A stretch of DNA of 64,000 nt from Desulfobacterales bacterium (lineage in GTDB: Bacteria > Desulfobacterota > Desulfobacteria > Desulfobacterales > UBA2174), in NCBI GenBank assembly GCA_963668645.2, contig CAXXWC010000001.1:192001-256000 (forward strand), written 5' to 3'. The notes under the pieces are model-generated. The model saw only the letters and a program-made list of their open reading frames with translations, ran no database searches and had not been told where the DNA came from. Shown here in pieces: positions 21,058 to 30,822 of the stretch; position 1 is the first letter of the stretch; each line of letters opens with the position of its first letter. The translations under genes and the position numbers were made by a program.

Positions 21058-21681
21058 ATGCATATCTCCGAAGGGGTTCTATCCGCACCGGTTTTGATCA
21101 CCGGTGCAACGCTGGCGGCGGCCGGTACCGTGGTCGGGCTTCGCCGCCTCGACTACGACCACATCGCCGGAGCGGGCCTGATGGCGTCGGCCTTTTTCGT
21201 GGCCTCTTTGATCCACATCCCCCTGGGCCCTTCAAGCGTCCATCTGATCCTCAACGGGTTGGTCGGCCTGCTTCTCGGCTGGGCCGCCTTCCCTGCCATT
21301 CTGGTAGCCCTGACGCTGCAAGCGGTCTTTTTTCAGTTCGGCGGTCTGACCAGCCTGGGGGCCAACACCTTGATCATGGCCTTGCCGGCCGTGGCCGCGG
21401 CCGCAGCGGTGCGCAAACTGATCGGCCGCGGTAAAAAGTGGACCCTGGCCGCCGGTTTTGCCTGCGGTTTTCTTTCCGTTCTCGGCGCCAGCCTGGTGGC
21501 GGCTGTGGCCCTGGCCCTGAGTTCGGAGGGGTTTTGGGCGGTGGCCTACCTGCTGGTGGCGGCCCACCTGCCGGTGATGATTATCGAAGGGATCATCACC
21601 GCCTTTTGCCTGGCATTCCTGGTCAAGGTGCAGCCGGACCTGATTCCCGGGCTTGACACGGGCCTTTCATTCCGCAGCTGA
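21058..21681 (+). CDS. cbiM: Co/Ni ECF transporter S component
   Basis: N-terminal MHISEG metal-binding motif; SSVHLILNGLVG; GGLTSLGANT. Confidence 0.93.
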   Translation: MHISEGVLSAPVLITGATLAAAGTVVGLRRLDYDHIAGAGLMASAFFVASLIHIPLGPSSVHLILNGLVGLLLGWAAFPAILVALTLQAVFFQFGGLTSLGANTLIMALPAVAAAAAVRKLIGRGKKWTLAAGFACGFLSVLGASLVAAVALALSSEGFWAVAYLLVAAHLPVMIIEGIITAFCLAFLVKVQPDLIPGLDTGLSFRS

Positions 21682-21759
21682 ACGGCGTCCCGGGTCCCCA
21701 TGGGGCCCGCAGAGCGCCTCGACAACGGCGCACAACCCGTCATTGAGGAAAAAACGACC

Positions 21760-22398
21760 ATGCCCATCCGGTCCCAGAGCCAACTTGCGGCAGTGATCGT
21801 CACCGCGCTGATCCTGATTGTGCTTTGCCCGGCCCGGCCCGGCCTGGCCCACAAGGTGATCATCTTTGCCTGGGTCGAAGGCGACACGGTCCATAGCGAA
21901 AGCAAATTCAGCGGCGGCCGTCCAGCCCGGCAGGCGGCCATCGAAGTGTACGACGACCAGGACAACCGCCTGCTCACCGGCCGCACCGGCGACGACGGAA
22001 AATTCAGTTTCAAGATCCCCAAGGCCTCTGCCCTGCGCATCGTGCTGCTGGCCGGCACGGGCCACCGGAACGAATGGCGCCTGGAGGAAGCCGAAGTCCG
22101 CCGCGGTCTGGAGGCGGGCCGTGAGGCGGCGCCGAGCCCTGCGGCCGAGGCCCCGCTGCCCGCGCCAGAGCCCGCCAAATCGACGACCTGCACCCCAAAG
22201 ACGCCTCCGGCCGCGCTGAGCGCCGAGGCGGTGGAGCAAATCCTCGAAAAAACCCTGGACCGCAAACTCCAGCCCATCGTTTCGATGCTGGCGCAAACCC
22301 GCCAAACGGGCCCCTCGCTGCAAGACATCCTCGGCGCCATCGGCTATATCATCGGCCTGGTCGGCCTGGGCGCGTATCTGAAAAGCCGGCGGCGATGA
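21760..22398 (+). CDS. Accessory periplasmic/membrane component of the Co/Ni ECF system
   Basis: Signal peptide ending LA-HKVIIFAW (His at mature N-terminus), C-terminal TM DILGAIGYIIGLVG; lies between cbiM and cbiQ. Confidence 0.8.
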   Translation: MPIRSQSQLAAVIVTALILIVLCPARPGLAHKVIIFAWVEGDTVHSESKFSGGRPARQAAIEVYDDQDNRLLTGRTGDDGKFSFKIPKASALRIVLLAGTGHRNEWRLEEAEVRRGLEAGREAAPSPAAEAPLPAPEPAKSTTCTPKTPPAALSAEAVEQILEKTLDRKLQPIVSMLAQTRQTGPSLQDILGAIGYIIGLVGLGAYLKSRRR

Positions 22399-23156
22399 AT
22401 TTCGAACCCTTTGCCGTCGGCCGTTCACCGCTTCACCGCCTCGATCCGAGCTGCCGGGTCATCGGAGCGGCTCTTTTTTCGGCGGTCGTCGCCGTTCTCC
22501 AGCAGCCTGCAGCCCTGGCTCTGGGCCTGGCCGCGGCTTTCGTGCTGGTGGCCGCGGCCAGGCTTCCGCTGCGGCCCCTGGCCGCGCGCCTGAGCAGCGC
22601 GGCGTTTTTCGTGCTGATGCTCTGGGTCGTACTGCCCCTGACCCATGGCGGGCCGGTCCTGTGGCAGGCCGGCCCCTTTGCCGTCTACGCGGACGGCCTG
22701 GCTCTGGCAGGACGCATCAGCCTGAAGACCGCCGCCATCCTTCTGGCCTTCACCGCCCTGGTGGCCACCATGCCGGTGTCCACCTTAGGCCACGCCCTGG
22801 AGCGGATCGGAGTGACACCCAAGCTTACCTTTTTACTGCTGATGTGCTATCGGTATCTTTTCGTGCTTGAACAGGAGTACCAGCGGCTGGCGCGGGCCGC
22901 CCGGATCCGCGGATTCAAGCCCGGCACGAACCGGCACACCTACCGCACCTACGCCTATCTGGTGGGCATGCTTTTCGTGCGCGCCGCGGCTCGGGCCCAA
23001 AGGGTGCACCAGGCCATGCGCTGCCGCGGGTTCGACGGCCGTTTCCGCAGCATCCAGGATCTGAGCGTACCCGGCTCCGCAGAGGTCGTTTTCTGCCTGC
23101 TGATGGTCCTTACCACCGGAGCGATGGTGCTGTTCGAAGCCGGGCCGGTCCTTTAG
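22395..23156 (+). CDS. cbiQ: Co/Ni ECF transporter T component
   Basis: SPLHRLDP, YRYLFVL, ARIRGF, AMRCRGFDG. Confidence 0.93.
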   Translation: MNFEPFAVGRSPLHRLDPSCRVIGAALFSAVVAVLQQPAALALGLAAAFVLVAAARLPLRPLAARLSSAAFFVLMLWVVLPLTHGGPVLWQAGPFAVYADGLALAGRISLKTAAILLAFTALVATMPVSTLGHALERIGVTPKLTFLLLMCYRYLFVLEQEYQRLARAARIRGFKPGTNRHTYRTYAYLVGMLFVRAAARAQRVHQAMRCRGFDGRFRSIQDLSVPGSAEVVFCLLMVLTTGAMVLFEAGPVL

Positions 23157-23203
23157 CCGGTTCGCCCGTCTATTTTTCGATCCCTGCGCGAAAAGGATCA
23201 TCC

Positions 23204-23980
23204 GTGAGCATACCCATCGTCATGACCGCCTTCGGAACCCGTGGTCCGGCCCGGGCCACATACGACCACCTCGACCGTCATCTGCAGGCGACTTTCCCTG
23301 AAAATCCCTTGCACTGGGCCTGGTCTTCGCGCATCGTGCGCCATCTGGAAGAGCGCCAGAGAAAACCCCGCCTGCCCGGCCCGGCAGAGGTTCTGGCAGA
23401 TCTGGCGGCCCGGGGCCACCGCTGGGCCGTGCTCCAGTCGACCCATCTGCTGTGCGGCCACGAGTTCCATCGCATGCTGACAGCGGCCCGCCGCGCGCCC
23501 CTGCGCACGTCCGTCGGCCTGCCCCTGCTCACCGATCCGGCCGATTTCGACTACATGGCCCGGATCCTGGCCGATATTGGGGACCAGACCGAATCGCAAG
23601 CCTCGGTCTTCGTGGGCCACGGCACCGACCACCCCACCTGGATGGCCTACCCTCTGCTCCAGTACATGCTGAAACGAATCGGCGCCGGCCATGTCTATGT
23701 CGGTGCCCTGGAGGGGCCGCCGGGGGTTGACGAGATTGTGGCCGAAATCGTCCGGGCCGGAATGGGCAGGGTGCGCCTTTTGCCTCTGCTGCTGGTGGCG
23801 GGCAATCATTTTCATCAAGACCTGATCGGAGACGATCCCCAAAGCTGGCAGTCGCGCTTTGAGGCCGCCGGTCTTTCAGTCCAGGCCGTGCAGCAGGGGA
23901 TCGGCCTTTTGCCCGGGGTGGCAGACCTGTTCTGCCGGCACATCCGCGAAGCCCTGGACGTGATTCCCGACAGCCAGTAG
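23204..23980 (+). CDS. cbiK: Sirohydrochlorin cobaltochelatase, cytoplasmic type
   Basis: TAFGT, GHEFH, GHGTDHP, LLVAGNHF; no signal peptide. Confidence 0.88.
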   Translation: MSIPIVMTAFGTRGPARATYDHLDRHLQATFPENPLHWAWSSRIVRHLEERQRKPRLPGPAEVLADLAARGHRWAVLQSTHLLCGHEFHRMLTAARRAPLRTSVGLPLLTDPADFDYMARILADIGDQTESQASVFVGHGTDHPTWMAYPLLQYMLKRIGAGHVYVGALEGPPGVDEIVAEIVRAGMGRVRLLPLLLVAGNHFHQDLIGDDPQSWQSRFEAAGLSVQAVQQGIGLLPGVADLFCRHIREALDVIPDSQ

Positions 23981-24031
23981 TGCCGGCGGCGCTGTGGTAC
24001 GGCGCGACTTATCAAGCAACGGAAAGGCGAA

Positions 24032-24769
24032 ATGGCGGTTTTTCAACCCGAGAAGCCCATCATCCGGCTCGAAAAAGTACGCTTTGCCTATGCGGGAGGT
24101 TCCCCGGTCCTGGACGGGCTCGATCTGACCCTGGGCCCCGGTGATCGCATCGGGCTGGCCGCTCCCAACGGCAGCGGTAAAACCACCCTCTTCCACCTGA
24201 TCATGGGCCTGCTTCGACCCACGGCCGGCCGCATCGAGATTTTCGGCCGACCGGTAAGCAGCGAAAAGGATTTTACCGCGGTGCGCCGCCGCATCGGGAT
24301 GCTCTTCCAGGACTCGGACGACCAGCTGTTCAGCCCCACGGTGATCGAGGATGTCGCTTTCGGTCCTCTCAACCTGGGCCTGGATCGCAAAGAAGCCCTC
24401 GCCGTCTCTCGCCGTACCCTGGCCAGTCTGGGCCTCGAGGACTTTGAAAACCGGCTCACCTTCAAACTTTCGGGCGGCGAAAAGCGCCTGGTGGCCCTGG
24501 CCACGGTCCTGGCCATGAACCCCGAAGTCCTGCTCCTGGACGAACCCTCGGCCGGCCTGGATGAAAACACCAAACAGCGGCTGATCGAAATCCTTCAAGG
24601 CTTGGAGCTGGCTTACATCGTCATCAGCCATGAGTTCGATTTTCTGGCCGCCACCGCCGATCCGATCTATACCATGGAAAAAGGGCGGATTCTGTTCGAC
24701 GAACGGCTCCAGGTCCATTCCCACCAGCATGCCCACCGGGTGGGCGCAATCCCCCATCGGCACGTGTGA
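24032..24769 (+). CDS. cbiO: ECF transporter ATPase
   Basis: NGSGKTT, FQDSDDQLF, DVAFGPLNLG, LSGGEK, LLLDEP; His-rich tail HSHQHAH. Confidence 0.92.
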   Translation: MAVFQPEKPIIRLEKVRFAYAGGSPVLDGLDLTLGPGDRIGLAAPNGSGKTTLFHLIMGLLRPTAGRIEIFGRPVSSEKDFTAVRRRIGMLFQDSDDQLFSPTVIEDVAFGPLNLGLDRKEALAVSRRTLASLGLEDFENRLTFKLSGGEKRLVALATVLAMNPEVLLLDEPSAGLDENTKQRLIEILQGLELAYIVISHEFDFLAATADPIYTMEKGRILFDERLQVHSHQHAHRVGAIPHRHV

Positions 24770-24782
24770 GCATCCATCCGGA

Positions 24783-24812
24783 TTGACAAGCCGCACCGGG
24801 TCTGCCTATAAA
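24783..24812 (+). promoter_or_regulatory. Sigma-70-type promoter for the riboswitch operon
   Basis: TTGACA-N18-TATAAA directly before the riboswitch. Confidence 0.65.
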
Positions 24813-24817
24813 CCTTG

Positions 24818-24998
24818 GCCAGAGGTGCACGACGCTTAATAGGGAATCCCGTGCAAATCGGGAGCGGTCCCGCCGCTGTAACCCCCGCCGGCCCCATTCG
24901 GACCGGCAGACGCCCTTCGGCCGTTGATGCCACTGATCCGCGCTAGCGGGTTGGGAAGGTTGCCGAAGGAAGCGGGGAAGTCAGAAGACCTGCCTCGT
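24818..24998 (+). ncRNA. Cobalamin riboswitch
   Basis: AGGTG, TTAATAGGGAATCCCGTGCAAATCGGGAGCGGTCCCGCCGCTGTAA, GCCACTG, GGGAAGG and B12 box AGTCAGAAGACCTGCC. Confidence 0.95.
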
Positions 24999-25074
24999 CC
25001 ATCGTCCCGAAACGACTCCGCGGACCACGAGGCACGGGACGGACATACGCCAAAGGGCCAAGTGAAACTGGGTG

Positions 25075-25113
25075 CAGCCCTTCAGACCGCAAGGTTTGAA
25101 GGGCTGTTTTTTT
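25075..25113 (+). terminator. Attenuator terminator of the riboswitch expression platform
   Basis: CAGCCCTTCAGACC-GCAA-GGTTTGAAGGGCTG followed by T7, between aptamer and first gene. Confidence 0.85.
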
Positions 25114-25287
25114 TCGGATGCTTTTTGTTTCACCGGGGGCAGTATCGCCCCGGCCGGGCCCATGGGTGGCAGCGGGACCGCCGTACGTGCATAAAAGGAG
25201 GTGATCGGCACCTTCGGCAAAACGGCCAACGGATTGAATCCGCCGGCGACGCGAAATTCCGCTGCAAACCGATGAAAGGATGAGGTG

Positions 25288-26169
25288 ATGAAACGCATTT
25301 TCGCCATAGTGATCGTAATCGTTGCCTTTTTGACCCTGCCCGCCGCGGCTCTGGCCGGCGCTCATGGCAAGACGGGTTCCCCCAAGAAAGGAATCCTGCT
25401 GGTGGCCTTCGGTACCAGTGTGCCCGATGCCCAAAAAGCCTTCGCGCGCATCGAGGCCCGGGTCAAGGCCGCCTACCCCCAAATCCCCGTACGCTGGGCC
25501 TACACCTCAAGGATTATTCGCCACAAGCTGGCCCGGCAAGGTCAATCGCTCGACTCTCCGGAAATGGCCCTGGCCCGCATGATGGACGAGGGGTTTACCC
25601 ATGTGGCGGTCCAATCCCTGCACACCATCGCCGGAGAAGAATTCCATGACCTGCAGCGCAATGTGACAGCCTTCGGCAGCATGGCCGGCGGGTTCCGGCA
25701 GATAGCGGTCGGGCTGCCCCTGCTGGGCACCGAGGCCGACCTGCAGCGCGCAACAAAGGCCATGATCGGCAGGATCCCTGCCGACCGCCGGCCCTCAGAG
25801 GCCGTGGTGCTCATGGGGCACGGCACCCCGCACCCGGCCAACGCCTTTTACGCGGCCATGGCCTACCATTTCCAACAGCAGGATCCCAACATCTTCGTGG
25901 GCACGGTGGAAGGCTGGCCCACCATCGAGCAGATCCGCGATGGGCTCAAGGCCCGCCGCATCACCAGGGCCTACCTGATCCCCTTCATGTCGGTGGCCGG
26001 CGATCATGCCATCAACGACATGGCCGGAGATGAAAAGGACTCCTGGAAATCGATCCTCACCACCGCCGGCATCGAGTGCGTACCGGTGATCAGGGGCACG
26101 GCCGAGTACGACGAAATCGTGGACATATGGGTTGACCATCTGGGCCGCGTGCTGGCACAGATGGAATAG
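25288..26169 (+). CDS. cbiK: Sirohydrochlorin cobaltochelatase, periplasmic type
   Basis: Sec signal peptide; ILLVAFGTS, QSLHTIAGEEFH, MGHGTPHP, VAGDHAINDMAG. Confidence 0.92.
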   Translation: MKRIFAIVIVIVAFLTLPAAALAGAHGKTGSPKKGILLVAFGTSVPDAQKAFARIEARVKAAYPQIPVRWAYTSRIIRHKLARQGQSLDSPEMALARMMDEGFTHVAVQSLHTIAGEEFHDLQRNVTAFGSMAGGFRQIAVGLPLLGTEADLQRATKAMIGRIPADRRPSEAVVLMGHGTPHPANAFYAAMAYHFQQQDPNIFVGTVEGWPTIEQIRDGLKARRITRAYLIPFMSVAGDHAINDMAGDEKDSWKSILTTAGIECVPVIRGTAEYDEIVDIWVDHLGRVLAQME

Positions 26170-26214
26170 AAACGCAATAAGACGGGCAACGGCGGAGATT
26201 GCTGAGAAACGTGC

Positions 26215-27285
26215 ATGAACCTTGAACCGAAACCGAGACCGAGACCGCGGCGCCCCCTGGCCCGCTTCGCGCTCTGGGCCGGCCTGCTCGGAGCGGGCCT
26301 GCTGGCCACCGTGGTGGTGGCCAGCGGCATGGGCTTCGTCAAGGTCACGGCCGCAGAAATATGGCAGGTCCTGGCCGCCCGGCTGCTGGGCAATCCGTCC
26401 CTGATCGGCTCGATGGATCCCCTCCTGCCGATGGTGGTCATGGAGGTGCGCCTTCCCAGGATCCTGACCGCAGCGGCGGTGGGTGGATCCCTGGCCCTGT
26501 CCGGGACCGTCTTTCAGGCCATCTTGCGCAACCCCCTGGCCGATCCCTACACCCTGGGCGTCTCGGCCGGAGCGGCCTTCGGGGCGGCGGTGGCCCTGCT
26601 GCTCAATATCGGAGCCCTGGGTCAATACTGTGTGCCGCTGTTCGCCTTTGCCGGAGCCGGGGCCACATTGGCTGCCGTGATCTACCTGTCGGCCTCCGGC
26701 GGGGGCTTTTCATCCAACAACCTGATCCTCTCGGGCGTCATCGTTGCGGCTATCCTGGCCGCCGGACTCAGTTTCCTCAAGTACCTGGCCGACGAGCAGG
26801 TCTCGGTGATCGTCTTCTGGCTCATGGGCAGCTTCGCCGCCAAGACCTGGGCCGAAGCGGGCCTGACCCTGGCAACCACCGGCGCCGGCCTGCTGGCGGT
26901 CCTCTTCTTTGCCAGAGATCTCAATCTGCTGGCCCTGGGCGAACGCAGCGCCGCATCCCTGGGGGTCGAGACCCGCCGGCTGACCTTGATCCTGCTGGCC
27001 ATCGCCTCCCTGATGGCTGCGGTCTGCGTCTCGGTGTCGGGGATCATCGGTTTCGTGGGCCTTTTGGTGCCCCATATGATGCGCGCCCTGGCCGGACCGG
27101 ATCACCGCGGCCTGCTGCCCCTTTCGGCCCTGGCCGGGGCCCTGCTCATGCTGGCGGCTGACACGGTCACGCGGGCGGTGCTCCCCTCGGAGGTGCCCAT
27201 CGGGATTCTCACGGCCCTGCTCGGCGGCCCGGTTTTCTGCATGATCTTCCGCCGGCGCCAGATGGCAGCAATCGGAGGATCGTGA
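26215..27285 (+). CDS. FecCD/BtuC-family ABC permease
   Basis: RLPRI, RNPLADPYTLGVSAGA, IGFVGLLVPH, EVPIGILTALLGGP. Confidence 0.93.
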   Translation: MNLEPKPRPRPRRPLARFALWAGLLGAGLLATVVVASGMGFVKVTAAEIWQVLAARLLGNPSLIGSMDPLLPMVVMEVRLPRILTAAAVGGSLALSGTVFQAILRNPLADPYTLGVSAGAAFGAAVALLLNIGALGQYCVPLFAFAGAGATLAAVIYLSASGGGFSSNNLILSGVIVAAILAAGLSFLKYLADEQVSVIVFWLMGSFAAKTWAEAGLTLATTGAGLLAVLFFARDLNLLALGERSAASLGVETRRLTLILLAIASLMAAVCVSVSGIIGFVGLLVPHMMRALAGPDHRGLLPLSALAGALLMLAADTVTRAVLPSEVPIGILTALLGGPVFCMIFRRRQMAAIGGS

Positions 27286-28061
27286 GCTTTCGTATCGAGA
27301 ATCTCACCTTCGCCTACGGGTCCAAGACGGTCCTGGAAAAAGTCGATTTTTCCCTCGAGCCGGGCCGGGTCTATGGCATTGTCGGCCCCAACGGCTGCGG
27401 CAAAAGTACACTTCTCGACCTTCTGGCAGGCCACCGTCGCCCGGGCAAGGGCCGCATCCTTTTCAAGGCGAAACCGCTTTCGGCTTATGGGCGCCGGGAT
27501 CTTTCCCGTGAGTTCGCCCTGGTGCCCCAGGATTTTTACATCAACTTCCCCTTCCGGGTCGAAGAGATCGTCATGATGGGCCGCTATCCCCACCTGGGGC
27601 GGTTCACCCGTGCCCGCAGCCTCGATTGGCAGATGGTGGACAGGGCCATGGCGCTGACCGGCATCGAGAATTTCCGCGGCCGCCTGGTGACCGAGCTGAG
27701 CGGCGGCGAACGCCAACGGGTCGTCATCGCCCGGGCCCTGGCCCAGGACGCGGCCTGGCTTTTTCTCGACGAAGCCACTTCCAACCTGGACATCAACCAC
27801 GCCCTGGCGATTCTCGCGCAGATGCGCCGCAGCGTGCGCCAAGCCGGCAAGACAGTGGTGGCCGTGCTTCAGGATCTCAACCTGGCGGCCCTCTTTTGCG
27901 ACGCGCTGCTGCTGCTCAAAGCCGGGCGACTGATGACCGCCGGCCCCACGGCCGAGGTGCTCACCGCCGCAAACCTGCGCGGCCTCTTCGGTGTCGAGGC
28001 CCGGGTAATGCGCGATGCGGCCAGCGGGAGCCTGCACGTGGCTTTTCAGGTGGCATCATGA
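27282..28061 (+). CDS. FecE/BtuD-type ABC ATPase
   Basis: GPNGCGKST, MGRYPH, LSGGERQR, LDEATSNLD. Confidence 0.92.
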   Translation: MSFRIENLTFAYGSKTVLEKVDFSLEPGRVYGIVGPNGCGKSTLLDLLAGHRRPGKGRILFKAKPLSAYGRRDLSREFALVPQDFYINFPFRVEEIVMMGRYPHLGRFTRARSLDWQMVDRAMALTGIENFRGRLVTELSGGERQRVVIARALAQDAAWLFLDEATSNLDINHALAILAQMRRSVRQAGKTVVAVLQDLNLAALFCDALLLLKAGRLMTAGPTAEVLTAANLRGLFGVEARVMRDAASGSLHVAFQVAS

Positions 28062-29056
28062 AACGTCTGCTCTTAACCGTCCTGCTTCTTATCTCGGGGC
28101 TGGCCCCCGCACCGGCCGCAGCCGGGCCTGGGACGATCCGGATCTCGTCGGACACGTCCATCATGGATCAGGCCGGCCGGCGCATTGTTGTTAAACGGCC
28201 ATTTTGCAGGATCATCGCCCTTTACGGGGCCCATACGGAAAACCTGTTCGCCCTGGGCCACGGGGATCTTCTGGTGGGCGTCTCCCCCCATTCGGACGAT
28301 CCTCCTGCAGCGGCTCGCATTCAGACCTTTTCCTACCGCGACGATCCGGAAAAATTTCTGGCGGCCCGGCCGGACCTCGTGCTAAGCCGGCCCATGATCG
28401 ACCGGGCCTACGCCGGTCTGCTCCAACGCCTGGAACGGGCGGGCATCGTCGTGGCCACCCTTCAGCCGGCCGACATCGACCAGATGTACGTTTACTGGGA
28501 GGCCCTGGGTGTGCTGGTGGGCGACCGGGCCGGCGCACAGGCCCTGGTGGCGCGCTTCCGGAAGGAAACGGGCGGGATTTCCGACCGGATCAGGCCGGTG
28601 GAAAAGCCGCCGCGGGTCTTTTTCGAGTCCATCCACGAGAAGATGAAAACCTTTTCCCCCGGGTCGATGCCGCTTTTCGCCCTGAGCGTTCTCGGAGCGG
28701 TCAACGTGGCCGAAGATGCCGCACCGAGCCACGGCACCAACATCGCCAACTACGGCAAGGAGCGGATCATGGCCCGGGGCGAGACCATCGACGTTTACCT
28801 GGCCCAGGTGGGCCCCATGAATCCGGTGACTCGCCGCCAGATCCTGGACGAGCCCGGATTCGAAGCCATCCGGGCCGTACGCCAAGGGCGGGTCTTTCTG
28901 GTGGATGAACGGCTGGTGGCCCGCCCCACCCCGCGCCTGGCCGAAGGGATCCGCCGCATCGGCCGGATCCTCTACCCGCAGCTTTTCCCCGGGGAGCCGG
29001 CGCCGGACGGACAGCCGGCGGCCACAACAGACAGGAGAGACGATGGGAACCGATAA
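28058..29056 (+). CDS. BtuF-type periplasmic binding protein
   Basis: ATG 28058 overlapping upstream stop; signal peptide; RIIALYGAHTENLFALG, PEKFLAARPDLVL, RPTPRLAEG. Confidence 0.9.
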   Translation: MKRLLLTVLLLISGLAPAPAAAGPGTIRISSDTSIMDQAGRRIVVKRPFCRIIALYGAHTENLFALGHGDLLVGVSPHSDDPPAAARIQTFSYRDDPEKFLAARPDLVLSRPMIDRAYAGLLQRLERAGIVVATLQPADIDQMYVYWEALGVLVGDRAGAQALVARFRKETGGISDRIRPVEKPPRVFFESIHEKMKTFSPGSMPLFALSVLGAVNVAEDAAPSHGTNIANYGKERIMARGETIDVYLAQVGPMNPVTRRQILDEPGFEAIRAVRQGRVFLVDERLVARPTPRLAEGIRRIGRILYPQLFPGEPAPDGQPAATTDRRDDGNR

Positions 29057-29783
29057 AAATGGCGTCTTGTACGGCCTGGGCGTCGGGCCGGGCGATCCGG
29101 AGCTGCTCAGCCTGAAGGCGGCCCGGGTACTCAACAGCGTCGATGTGGTCTATGCGGCGGCATCGAGCAAAAACAGCTACAGCCTGGCGGTGAGCATCGC
29201 CAAGGCCCACATTCCGGACCTGACACCGATCCACATGCTCAAGTTTCCCATGACGGCCGATGAAAAGGAACGCCAGGCCGCCTGGACCGACAATGCACGC
29301 AATGTCATCGATCAGGTCGAAGCGGGTCGCAAAGTGGCCTTCATCACCCTGGGCGACAGCATGACCTACTCGACCTACGGCTATCTGCTGCGCGAAGTCC
29401 AGCGGCTGGCTCCCCACCTGCCGGTGATCAGCATTCCGGGCATCACCAGCTACCAGGCCGCGGCCGCCGCCCTCAACACCCCCCTGGTGGAAGCCGAAGA
29501 ATCGCTGCTGGTTCTCTCCGGGACCGCCGGCGGGGACCATCTGCGACGCTGCGCGGTGGACCCGGACACGGTGGTCTTTCTCAAGGCCTACCGCAATGTG
29601 GACGACATCGTAGCGGCCCTGGACGAGGCAGGCCGGATAGAGACCAGCGCCGGGGTGACCCGTTGCAGCCTGCCGGACCAGCAGGTGACCCGGGACGTGC
29701 GCGAGTTTATCGAGCGGCGCGCCTCTTACTGGACCCTGATTCTGTCCAAAAAACCCGCTTCCCATGAACCGCCCCAGGACTGA
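29043..29783 (+). CDS. cobI: Precorrin-2/cobalt-factor II C20-methyltransferase
   Basis: ATG 29043 after AGGAG; LYGLGVGPGDPELL, FITLGDSMTYSTY, IPGITS. Confidence 0.92.
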   Translation: MGTDKNGVLYGLGVGPGDPELLSLKAARVLNSVDVVYAAASSKNSYSLAVSIAKAHIPDLTPIHMLKFPMTADEKERQAAWTDNARNVIDQVEAGRKVAFITLGDSMTYSTYGYLLREVQRLAPHLPVISIPGITSYQAAAAALNTPLVEAEESLLVLSGTAGGDHLRRCAVDPDTVVFLKAYRNVDDIVAALDEAGRIETSAGVTRCSLPDQQVTRDVREFIERRASYWTLILSKKPASHEPPQD

Positions 29784-30822
29784 CCGGTCCCGGCGCGCGG
29801 CGGCCGTCAGTCTGGCCGCTTCCATGCTCCTGCTGGCGGCGGGTCATGCCATGATCCCGGAGCTGACGGCGGCCGAGACGGCCCGCCGCCTGCTCTGGCC
29901 CCTGGCCCGGCTCATGGTGGTGATCGCCGCCGGCCTGCTGGCGGGCCAGGTGATCGAAGCCAGCGGCTGGGTTCACCGGCTGGCCGTGGCGGCGCGCCCC
30001 CTGTTTCGCTTCGGCCGCCTGGGAGACTATTGCGGTGCAGCCTTTACCACCGCTTTTTTTTCCGGTACGGCGGCCAACGCCATGCTGCTCGAATTTTACC
30101 GCCAGGGGCATATCGACCGGTGCCGCCTTTTTTTGACCAACCTGCTGTCCCAGTTTCCGGCCTATTTTCTCCACCTGCCCACCACCCTTTTCATCGTCCT
30201 CTCACTCACCGGAAGGGCCGGGATTCTCTACTTCGTGCTGACTTTCAGCGCCCTGGTGCTGCGCTGTGCCGCGCTGCTGGCCTACGGCCGGGTCTTTCTG
30301 CCGGCTGCGCCGCAAGGCGACCCGCCCGCCAGGGCGCAAAAAGGGTCCCGCTCCGAAAAAAAGGACTGGCCCCGGATCCGGGCCGAGGTGGCCCGGCGCC
30401 TGCCCGGGCGTCTGACCACGGTGGCGGTATGGGTGGTGCCGATCTACATCGCGGTCTTCCTGCTCAATCGTCTGGGGCTTTTCCGGGCGGCCGAGGATCT
30501 GCTCACCGGCACCCTCATGACCCGCCTGGTGCCGGTGGAGTCCCTCTCCATGGTGGTGCTCGGATTCGTAGCCGAATTCACCTCGGGCTTTGCCGCCGCC
30601 GGGGCTCTGATGGAGGCCGGGGTGCTGAGCCTCAAGCAGACCACCCTGGCCCTGCTCATCGGCAACGTGGTCGCCTTTCCCATCCGCGCCCTGCGCCACC
30701 AGTTGCCCCACTACATGGGCATCTTCACCCCCCGTCTGGGCGCTGCCCTGCTCCTGGCGGGCCAGGCCTGCCGGATCACGAGCCTGATTCTGATCGCGGC
30801 CCTGTACGCCCTGCTGGGCTAG
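29764..30822 (+). CDS. Polytopic membrane protein, nucleoside-recognition (Gate)-like, function unknown
   Basis: Several TM segments in two halves (ARPLFRFGRL...AFFSGTAANAML; LLIGNVVAFPIRALRHQLP); overlaps cobI end. Confidence 0.75.
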   Translation: MNRPRTDRSRRAAAVSLAASMLLLAAGHAMIPELTAAETARRLLWPLARLMVVIAAGLLAGQVIEASGWVHRLAVAARPLFRFGRLGDYCGAAFTTAFFSGTAANAMLLEFYRQGHIDRCRLFLTNLLSQFPAYFLHLPTTLFIVLSLTGRAGILYFVLTFSALVLRCAALLAYGRVFLPAAPQGDPPARAQKGSRSEKKDWPRIRAEVARRLPGRLTTVAVWVVPIYIAVFLLNRLGLFRAAEDLLTGTLMTRLVPVESLSMVVLGFVAEFTSGFAAAGALMEAGVLSLKQTTLALLIGNVVAFPIRALRHQLPHYMGIFTPRLGAALLLAGQACRITSLILIAALYALLG

